Notes under the pieces: model-generated
What the model saw: only the letters and a program-made list of their open reading frames with translations
Databases searched by the model: none
Told to the model about the DNA's origin: nothing
NCBI GenBank assembly: GCA_041677685.1
Contig: JBAYPN010000013.1
Coordinates: forward strand, 1 to 20,429
Length of the DNA: 20,429 nucleotides
Direction of reading: 5' to 3'
Origin: an archaeon
Lineage (GTDB): Archaea > Iainarchaeota > Iainarchaeia > Iainarchaeales > CSSED10-239
In this document: piece after piece, positions 8,372 through 15,104 of the stretch
Numbering within the stretch: position 1 is the stretch's first letter
Layout of the letters: every line of letters begins with the position of its first letter
Program-made: the position numbers and the translations under genes

Positions 8372-8917
8372 CTATTTTTTAGAATTTAAGAAAAACCAAT
8401 AAGTTCCAAGAACAATTATTATTAAAAATAATCTAAATAAAAAGCCATGCACAAAATTTGCAAAGGAAAGATTAAATCTTACAATAATAAATGAAGTTAA
8501 ACTTATTCTGATTATGTTAAAGACAATCACAATTAATGTTGAGAAAAAAACCCACGTTAGTTTCTTTTTAATAGAGACACCAATTGTTGCAATGATTGCT
8601 GAGACAAGAATACTAAACTCTAAGATGCCTGTGCATAGGTTGGTTATTATAATTGGATAACTTAAACTTGAAACCTCAATAATTGAATTGTTAATTAGAA
8701 AATAAAATTTAGAATCAATTCCAAAAACAGAATTTAAAATGAAATTAGAAAGACTTCCAAAAAAGTAATTTATGTAATTGTAAATAATTGGAATATTTAG
8801 AAATAAATAAACTAAAGAAAAAGAAATTAAAAAAAATAAAAGAAAATTATAAGATGACCTTACTTTCTTTTTATTCTTTAAATCTGATTTTAAATTTTTT
8901 AAAAATTTATTAAACAT
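8372..8917 (-). CDS. Minimal exosortase/archaeosortase-family membrane protein (putative transpeptidase)
   Basis: 181 aa and polytopic. Three motifs occur in the order expected for the exosortase/archaeosortase core: ITNLC95TGILEF (Cys), FNIIR137ISL (Arg), FVH157GFLF (His). Each lies at a predicted helix end. The Cys-to-Arg spacing is 42 aa. The ATG is 8 nt after the rps8e stop, preceded by GAAGG. Confidence 0.6.
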   Translation of the reverse strand: MFNKFLKNLKSDLKNKKKVRSSYNFLLFFLISFSLVYLFLNIPIIYNYINYFFGSLSNFILNSVFGIDSKFYFLINNSIIEVSSLSYPIIITNLCTGILEFSILVSAIIATIGVSIKKKLTWVFFSTLIVIVFNIIRISLTSFIIVRFNLSFANFVHGFLFRLFLIIIVLGTYWFFLNSKK

Positions 8918-8925
8918 GCCTTCTT

Positions 8926-9321
8926 TTATTTTATTAAAATTGCAGAGATTTGTCCTGATTGCCCTGGTCTAGAAGTTACTTTTGCACTCTGTTCTTTACC
9001 ATCAATCTCAACTTTTATAATTGCACCTTTGGTTATTACCTTTTGTCTAACAAAGTGTTTGTTTGCAGAATTTTCTACAACATTTAAAATTTTTGCTTTA
9101 ACTGTTTTTGTAGAGTCTGAAACAATTGCAGTTTGTGCTTTTGCAATCTTTACTTTCTGGTTACCACCAATTGTTCTAACCTTGTATATCTTTTGATTAT
9201 CATCAACTACTGTTTTTGAAAAGGTTCCACCTCTGTCACTTAAAGATTTTGTTTTTGCATTAACAGAATTATTAATTCCACCAGTTGCTTTTCTTCTTGA
9301 TTTTTTTTTCCATTCAACCAT
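8926..9321 (-). CDS. rps8e: 30S ribosomal protein S8e (eS8)
   Basis: 131 aa. MVEWKKKSRRKATGG...KVRTIGGNQKVKIAKAQTAIV...VITKGAIIKVEIDGKEQSAKVTSRPGQSG. GGTGAT lies 5 nt upstream of the ATG. Confidence 0.9.
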   Translation of the reverse strand: MVEWKKKSRRKATGGINNSVNAKTKSLSDRGGTFSKTVVDDNQKIYKVRTIGGNQKVKIAKAQTAIVSDSTKTVKAKILNVVENSANKHFVRQKVITKGAIIKVEIDGKEQSAKVTSRPGQSGQISAILIK

Positions 9322-9346
9322 TTTTGATCACCATCATCTTAAAACA

Positions 9347-9361
9347 TTTTATAAATTTATA
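9347..9361. promoter_or_regulatory. Near-palindromic TATA element (TTTTATAAATTTATA) shared by the divergent rps8e and Cgi121-like genes
   Basis: It is the only TATA-like element in the 56-bp divergent spacer. It lies 26-40 nt from the rps8e ATG (9321) and 17-31 nt from the ATG at 9378. Confidence 0.35.
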
Positions 9362-9377
9362 GATTAAATATATATTA

Positions 9378-9908
9378 ATGAAAACATACATTTTTAAAAC
9401 TAATAAAAAGAGCTATTTTCTAAACATAATATATTGCTCTATAGATATTAATGATATAGAAAACTATTTAAAAAGAATTGAAAGAGCAAAAAAATCTCAA
9501 AAATCAAAAACTAACCTAATAGTTATTCCAAACTACAAAATATTTAGTTTAGAACAACTTAAATGGGCTGTCTTTGTTGCAAAGAACAAGTTTCTGGAGA
9601 AAATTAATGTTTCTAAAAGCTTATGGAATGAGATTATTCTTACTTTGTGTGCAACAGATCAAATTAATAGAATTTCTAAAAATTGGTTTTTAAAAAATGG
9701 AAATAATAAGAATGTGTTTTTAATTACCTTGTCAGAAAATAAAATTGACTCTAAAGAGATTAATAAAATTAAAAAGGAATTGGGTATAGAAGAAATTAAA
9801 ATAAATGAAATTGAATTTAATAAAAAAGAAGTTCTTGAACTTTATAAAATTTCTGATGTAGGTTTAGATGCAGATGTAGAGAATAAAGTTATAGAGAAGA
9901 TGTCTTAA
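9378..9908 (+). CDS. cgi121: KEOPS complex subunit Cgi121-like protein
   Basis: 176 aa. The central segment NVSKSLWNEIILTLCATDQINRISKNWFLKNGNNKNVFLITL resembles the archaeal Cgi121 core (xSKSxxxEILxxxSGxxQIxxAI...G...vxLI), recalled from memory of MJ0187-type sequences. The N-terminal 50 aa are not informative. Confidence 0.5.
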   Translation: MKTYIFKTNKKSYFLNIIYCSIDINDIENYLKRIERAKKSQKSKTNLIVIPNYKIFSLEQLKWAVFVAKNKFLEKINVSKSLWNEIILTLCATDQINRISKNWFLKNGNNKNVFLITLSENKIDSKEINKIKKELGIEEIKINEIEFNKKEVLELYKISDVGLDADVENKVIEKMS

Positions 9909-10015
9909 TCTAAATTTTTAGTTGATTAAAAAATTGTCTTGATCTTAATTTTTTTATGATTTGAATTTTATCTTAATTTTAATTTGAAAATAAAATCAAA
10001 GTTCTAAAATAAAAA

Positions 10016-10705
10016 TTAAAGCTCTTTACAATCCCCAAAAGTTCTTTCAAACAAATATTTTAATTTTGTTGCTGTCTTTGGACCAAGCTTAGAAACCTTC
10101 TGTAAGTCTTCTACACTTGCGTTTGCAACATTTTTAATTGTTTTAAAATGATTTAAAATTGACTTGGCAAGAGTTGGACCAATGTCAGGGAAAGACTCTA
10201 AAATAAACAATTGTCTTTTTGAAAAGTTCATTTTGGTTTTTGAATATCTTACTTTAAAAGAACGATTCCCATTTCCAAGTTGTTCTCTTTTAGAAATTAT
10301 GTAAAGATATTCTGCAGTTTCTTTTTGATTTTTTGTGAAGAAAACTGGAATCTTATAATTTAGACCAATTGTTGTTATTAGGCTGATTATTGCATTTTTA
10401 TTTATTCTACTTTTATTATTTTTAATTAAATTAAAATCTCCTTCAATAATTAAACAGGGTTTTGGAATTTTTAAAAGATCTTGTAATTGAGAAAATATTC
10501 TACCATCAATGATTGAAGCTTCAAGATCAGAAAGAGTCTTTCTCTCAATAACAATTTCGTTAGTGATTTGATAGTCCCCAACTTTCAATTGCTCTAAGGT
10601 TACACACACATCAACTTCTTCTGATTTTAGATTTCTTAATTCTAAGATAACTTGACTTGCAAGCTCTCTTTGATCACAAACAACTGTTATTTTTTTTGAA
10701 CTCAT
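10016..10705 (-). CDS. xpf: ERCC4-family structure-specific endonuclease (XPF/Hef nuclease domain plus tandem HhH)
   Basis: 229 aa. VVCDQRE, then GDYQITNEIVIERKTLSDLEASIIDGRIFSQL (the GDxn-ERKxxxD signature). The C-terminus has (HhH)2-like FPDIGPTLAKSILNHF...LQKVSKLGPKTATKL. Confidence 0.85.
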   Translation of the reverse strand: MSSKKITVVCDQRELASQVILELRNLKSEEVDVCVTLEQLKVGDYQITNEIVIERKTLSDLEASIIDGRIFSQLQDLLKIPKPCLIIEGDFNLIKNNKSRINKNAIISLITTIGLNYKIPVFFTKNQKETAEYLYIISKREQLGNGNRSFKVRYSKTKMNFSKRQLFILESFPDIGPTLAKSILNHFKTIKNVANASVEDLQKVSKLGPKTATKLKYLFERTFGDCKEL

Positions 10706-10732
10706 GTAATTATCACTTTAAAAAGAGCATTT

Positions 10733-11194
10733 TTAAATTAATTTTTTTCTAATTATCCCACCAGAAAATAAACCCCTGTAAATAGTTTTTCCCTTATAAT
10801 CAACATATTCTTTTCCTGAAAATCTATTAACATCTCCTAGGCTTTGGGAAAAATATTCTAAATTATTTTCTTTATAATAGTTGGGGCCTCTTAAAGGAGA
10901 TCTGTTTTCTATTTTTAAAAGTGCAGATTTTAAAAAAGAATAAACTTCTTTTTCAAAAATTTCTGATTGTAAGACCTCTCCAAAATAATTTAAACCCCAA
11001 ATACAATTATTATTTTCAAAAACAATCTCTTGACCAATAAATGGATTATATCCATAATATCTATCTACATACTTATAATTATCCTGTTCGTAGACTAATT
11101 CTTTTGACCCATCTTTATTTAAAAAATCAGTTAGTCTAGAGGAAGCATAAGTATTCTTTTTTGCAATTACTAGAAAATCTATAAAGCTAATCAT
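10733..11194 (-). CDS. DUF5680-like protein of unknown function
   Basis: 153 aa. The pattern AKKNTYAS...YKYVDRYYGYNPFIGQEIVF...IWGLNYFGEV...FLKSALL...PLRGPNYY...FSGKEYVDYKGKTIYRGLFSGGII matches my recollection of the DUF5680 family. This needs an HMM check. Confidence 0.45.
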   Translation of the reverse strand: MISFIDFLVIAKKNTYASSRLTDFLNKDGSKELVYEQDNYKYVDRYYGYNPFIGQEIVFENNNCIWGLNYFGEVLQSEIFEKEVYSFLKSALLKIENRSPLRGPNYYKENNLEYFSQSLGDVNRFSGKEYVDYKGKTIYRGLFSGGIIRKKLI

Positions 11195-11236
11195 CTTTTA
11201 TTTTACCTCACAAATTTTTTATTTTAAAACATATAG

Positions 11237-12811
11237 TTATTTAAAAAAATCATTTAAAGTACTTTGTGATTTTTTTTTGCGTGGCTTGTAGGTGTGGTAA
11301 TTTTTTAAAACAGATTTCATTTTTTTTTCTTTATTGATTGATACCCAATAATAATGTTCATCAATTGTGTCTTTGTTTAATAATAAAATTACTTTGCCAA
11401 CACTAAACCTTCCTGTTCGCCCTCTTCTCTGAATAGCTCTTATCTCTGAAGCTACAGCATCATAAAAAATAACTAAGTCTACAGAAGGAATGTCTAAACC
11501 TTCTTCACCTACAGAAGTACACACAAGAGCATTAAACACACCTTTCTTAAAATCTGAAATAATTTCAATTTGTTCTTTTTGACTTAATCCTTTATCTGCT
11601 TGACTACGAGTTGCTTGTCCAACAAATCGTGTGCTTTTAATTAATTTATTTTTATTTAAGATTGAGACAAGATGATTTGCTGTGTCTCTAAAGTTATTAA
11701 AAATTAGGATTCTAGATTTTGGATTATCTTTAATGTAATTTTCTAAAATATTTAATAATAATTTGTCTTTTGAATAGACCTCTTTATTATTTAATAATAA
11801 TTTATAAACTTCAAGAATCTCTTTTGAGTTAACAAAATTTTTTAAAGTCAATTTTGCCTTAGGAAGTTTACTTTCCAAAAATAAATTATCAATATAATTT
11901 TTAAGAGGTAAAAAACCCTGGGTTTCAATTAACTCTTTTGCATGATAGACCTTTAGGATAAGTGTAATGTTTGCAATTCCTAAAAAAAGAATATTGTTTT
12001 TATTTTTTTTAAGTCTTTCAAAAATCTGAGCTTGGACCATCAGCATTTGTTTTTTTGTGTAGTTGGAAGGAATTTTTAAATTTAGTTTTCTTAAAAAAGA
12101 AATCTTTTTTTCAATAAATTCAGTAAAGATTTTAGATATTTGTTTAGAGGTGTTGTCTAGTTCTGTAAAGATAGTTTCTATATCAACACCTTTTACAAAG
12201 TCAACGACGTCAAGATCATCTTCAGTTCTAATCTCTATATGATTTACTTTTAAGTTATTTGCAACTTCTTCAATTTTTTGTCTGTTCCCTCCAGGAGAAG
12301 CAGTCAATGCAAGTCTTTTAATCTCTCTAGGAAAAAACGAAGAGATGTTTACATATGCATAATCTCCAATTGCCCTATGGGCTTCATCAAAAATAATTAA
12401 ATTAAAATCATTAAAATTAATTAATTTAAATTTAATGTCATTGTTAATTGTTTGTGGGGTTGCGCAAATTATTCTCCCTAAGTTTTTATAAATTTCTTTT
12501 CTTTTATTTTTTGGAACTTGTCCAGTAAGAAGAATAATGTTTTCTTCTTCAATATTTAAAAGTTTATCTAAAGACCTTTTATGTTGAACAACTAAAGGTT
12601 TAGTTGGAGCTAAAAATAGAATGTTTTTTTTAAAAGAATAAGTGTGAGCAATTAATAGTACAGCAACAATTGTTTTACCTAAGCCTGTGGGAGCAACAAC
12701 CAATGTAGAGTCATCAATAGCCTTAGCAGTTAACAATTCTTGATAAAGTCTTTTTTGAACACTCCTTGGTTTTATAAATTTATGTTCAATATATTCTATA
12801 TTTTCTTGCAT
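11237..12811 (-). CDS. hef: Hef/FANCM-type SF2 DEAH-box helicase (helicase half only)
   Basis: 524 aa. Motif I VAPTGLGKT, motif II FDEAHRAIGDYAY, motif III LTASPG, motif VI IQRRGRTGR. A helical insertion lies between the RecA lobes, as in Hef. Confidence 0.85.
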   Translation of the reverse strand: MQENIEYIEHKFIKPRSVQKRLYQELLTAKAIDDSTLVVAPTGLGKTIVAVLLIAHTYSFKKNILFLAPTKPLVVQHKRSLDKLLNIEEENIILLTGQVPKNKRKEIYKNLGRIICATPQTINNDIKFKLINFNDFNLIIFDEAHRAIGDYAYVNISSFFPREIKRLALTASPGGNRQKIEEVANNLKVNHIEIRTEDDLDVVDFVKGVDIETIFTELDNTSKQISKIFTEFIEKKISFLRKLNLKIPSNYTKKQMLMVQAQIFERLKKNKNNILFLGIANITLILKVYHAKELIETQGFLPLKNYIDNLFLESKLPKAKLTLKNFVNSKEILEVYKLLLNNKEVYSKDKLLLNILENYIKDNPKSRILIFNNFRDTANHLVSILNKNKLIKSTRFVGQATRSQADKGLSQKEQIEIISDFKKGVFNALVCTSVGEEGLDIPSVDLVIFYDAVASEIRAIQRRGRTGRFSVGKVILLLNKDTIDEHYYWVSINKEKKMKSVLKNYHTYKPRKKKSQSTLNDFFK

Positions 12812-12888
12812 AATTAGAAATATAATATAGACAATGATTTTAAAGGCTTTTGGAGGTTGTTGACCAAGAAAGATCTATTGTTTGATAA

Positions 12889-13068
12889 TTATTTTTTACT
12901 AGTGTCAATCTTCTTTTTTGTTAATCTTCTAAAAGCTCTAACAATCTTTCTATTAGTTTCTCGATCACCAAATTTTACAGCATCAGGCACATCTTGCAGA
13001 CGTAACTTTGTACTATAGGTTTTTCCAACAGGTTTTTTTGATTTATTATTTGGTTTTCTTGGAGGCAT
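12889..13068 (-). CDS. Unlisted 59-aa lysine/arginine-rich ORF (hypothetical)
   Basis: Hand translation: MPPRKPNNKSKKPVGKTYSTKLRLQDVPDAVKFGDRETNRKIVRAFRRLTKKKIDTSKK*. ATTTATAAAC (13091-13100) lies 23-32 nt upstream of the ATG. Same strand as the helicase gene, 77 nt upstream of it. Confidence 0.4.
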   Translation of the reverse strand: MPPRKPNNKSKKPVGKTYSTKLRLQDVPDAVKFGDRETNRKIVRAFRRLTKKKIDTSKK

Positions 13069-13214
13069 AACTTAATTATACCCCCATAATATTTATAAAC
13101 ATATGTTGTTTAGAGACAGAATTAGCGTGTGTAAGAATGTATTTTTGTAAAAAATTATAAAAAATAAAAATTAGGAATTAAAAGAAAAAATAAAAGGAAA
13201 AAGAAAAAAGTCCT

Positions 13215-13505
13215 TTAACCAAATAAAGAACCAAGACCTTCAGCAGCAGCTTCTTCAGTTACTTCTGGAACTTCTTCAACTTCTTCTTTCTTTTCAGCAG
13301 CAGCTTCAACTGGTGCAGATGCAACAGGCATAGATGCTTTTTCAATAGCTTCAGAAATATTAATTTCTTTTAAAGTTGCTACTAAACCTTTAATCTTTGC
13401 ATCATCAACAGCAATTCCTACTGCAGAAATTACACTTTTTAAATTATTCTCATTTATTTCTTTTTTTGCATTATGTAATAATAATGCTGCGTATATATAA
13501 TCCAT
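13215..13505 (-). CDS. rpl12: 50S ribosomal stalk protein P1 (L12e/aP1)
   Basis: [22 protein letters not shown]...[29 protein letters not shown]. The track start (GTG at 13514) is probably too far upstream. AGGTG lies 8 nt before the ATG at 13505. Confidence 0.93.
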   Translation of the reverse strand: MDYIYAALLLHNAKKEINENNLKSVISAVGIAVDDAKIKGLVATLKEINISEAIEKASMPVASAPVEAAAEKKEEVEEVPEVTEEAAAEGLGSLFG

Positions 13506-13527
13506 AGAATTCACCTTTTTTTAATTT

Positions 13528-14301
13528 TTATTTTTTGTCTCCATTTTTATTATCAACTTCAGTTTGTAAAGCTTTTGCCTTCAATTCAGCCATCATTACC
13601 ATTGGTTCAATTGTCATCTTTGTAACATAACCAATTTCAACACCTAAATTAATTGAGCATCTTACAGCATTTATAAACTTATTATATACATCGTTAGAAT
13701 CAACATCTAAAACTTCCTTTGAATAAATTAAATTACCTTCCTTAATTCCAACAATGTTTAAAATTAATTCAAAAGGTTTTATGTCAAGTTTAGACAAAGT
13801 GTTTACAACATCCTTTGAAATTACTTCTCCAACTTTTGCAATAACAGCATCTTTAGTAACATAGATTGTAGGACCTTTAACTTGAACCTTGATTCCAACT
13901 TTTTTAAGATCAGAAAGTGCAGGTCCAGGAGGCAAACCAGTATCCCCTTCAGGAACAACAACATCAACAGTTGAAATCATTCCAATCTTTGCTTTAGATT
14001 TTGCTTTACTTTTTTTAATTTGTAGATATAGATCAAAAGCATTATCATTTGTTAAAATTAGTATAGGTTGATTTGGTAACTTCTCAGCTAAGTCTTTGTG
14101 ACCTTTTTCATCTAAAACTCTTTTTAACACATTCCTTTTTGTTACTTTAAATTTAACATCAGAAAGGTTCTTTTTTAATTTTTGAAGTAAATCTGTAGGA
14201 AAATTCTCTAAATCACCTATACCAATAATCTTGTAATCAGAAATTACTTTTGATAGTTCCTCAAATTGAGAAATTTTCCAATTTTTAAAATGCTTAGTCA
14301 T
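13528..14301 (-). CDS. rpl10: 50S ribosomal stalk protein P0 (uL10), short form
   Basis: 257 aa. The N-terminal uL10 domain and the inserted domain are recognisable (PPGPALSDLKKVGIKVQVKGPTIYV). Its ATG overlaps the L1 stop (ATGA), and GGAGGTG lies within the L1 3' end. Confidence 0.9.
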   Translation of the reverse strand: MTKHFKNWKISQFEELSKVISDYKIIGIGDLENFPTDLLQKLKKNLSDVKFKVTKRNVLKRVLDEKGHKDLAEKLPNQPILILTNDNAFDLYLQIKKSKAKSKAKIGMISTVDVVVPEGDTGLPPGPALSDLKKVGIKVQVKGPTIYVTKDAVIAKVGEVISKDVVNTLSKLDIKPFELILNIVGIKEGNLIYSKEVLDVDSNDVYNKFINAVRCSINLGVEIGYVTKMTIEPMVMMAELKAKALQTEVDNKNGDKK

Positions 14302-14957
14302 TTCTTTTCACCTCCAAGCTTATGGGGTGTGCTCATTGTAGTTTTAAAATAAATACTTTTTATGTTCTGTTTACCAGCAGGCAATTTCTCAATCAAAGAA
14401 TTATAAACAACCATTGTGTTTTCTGCTATCTTTACAGCATCTTGACTTCTTTTACCAATCTTAATCTGCATAGCAACTGATGATTTATTTTTTTTATTAG
14501 ACAAAACTACCTTTGATAACATTGACTTTAATATACTCTTTACAGCATCAGCATTTAATGGTGCTATTTGTGGCATTTTACCTTTTGGACTTAAACTTTG
14601 TCCTAAGAATTTTCCAACAACTAGCATTACTGAACCTTCTGCTAAAAACACATCAAACTCATTAGCAAGTTTTTTTGCATCTTTTTTAGAAATTTTAGAA
14701 ATCTCTTCTTCTACAATTACCTTATCAACTATTCCTTTCAATTGAACAGCAGCATCTTTATCTTTAGAAAAATAAACTGATCTTACTTTTGATAAAAATG
14801 GATTTGGTACAATTACAGAAAAATTATATCTATGGTCTTTATTTTTTATATTTAGATTTTTAAAAGTAATAATTAGCTCAACAGATTCATCAAAATTTCT
14901 TTTCTTTGCATCTGCAAACAAATCATTTACTGTTTTTTCTATTTGTTTTTTATCCAA
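14298..14957 (-). CDS. rpl1: 50S ribosomal protein L1 (uL1)
   Basis: DKKQIEKTVNDLFADAKKRNFDESVELIITFKNLNIK...SPKGKMPQ. The track ORF starts at GTG 14978, but GGAGGTG (14967-14973) lies inside that extension, 9 nt before an in-frame TTG at 14957. I take 14957 as the start. Confidence 0.9.
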   Translation of the reverse strand: MDKKQIEKTVNDLFADAKKRNFDESVELIITFKNLNIKNKDHRYNFSVIVPNPFLSKVRSVYFSKDKDAAVQLKGIVDKVIVEEEISKISKKDAKKLANEFDVFLAEGSVMLVVGKFLGQSLSPKGKMPQIAPLNADAVKSILKSMLSKVVLSNKKNKSSVAMQIKIGKRSQDAVKIAENTMVVYNSLIEKLPAGKQNIKSIYFKTTMSTPHKLGGEKK

Positions 14958-14966
14958 GATAACTTG

Positions 14967-14973
14967 CACCTCC
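14967..14973 (-). promoter_or_regulatory. Shine-Dalgarno site (GGAGGTG) for rpl1
   Basis: The plus strand reads cacctcc. A 9-nt spacer separates it from the TTG at 14957. Confidence 0.5.
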
Positions 14974-15104
14974 TGCACTTAGGCAGTTTTAACGGAAAAA
15001 TAAAGCTTCTTTTTAGAAAGAGCTATTATTAATACTTAAGTAATATATAATAGAAAATATTTAAAAAGGAAAGGTTTTTTCCACCTCTCTTTTCTAAACA
15101 AAAT

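Noticed and set aside
9909-10015. Short direct repeats (atcttaatttt twice) and weak inverted repeats in the convergent spacer after the Cgi121-like gene
   Set aside because: These are low-complexity A/T strings with short, imperfect matches. They are consistent with T-rich termination regions for the two convergent genes rather than a discrete element.
10016-12811. Interpreting the helicase, DUF and nuclease operon as a dedicated antiviral defence system
   Set aside because: The helicase and nuclease match the two halves of the housekeeping repair enzyme Hef, motif for motif, so a split Hef is the more parsimonious reading. The defence idea is kept only as an alternative in the corresponding finding.
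14973-14986. Hairpin ctgc-acttag-gcag next to the L1 SD, considered as an L1 autoregulatory mRNA site
   Set aside because: The stem is only 4 bp, and I cannot verify resemblance to the 23S rRNA L1-binding helix by eye. It would need covariance or structure analysis.
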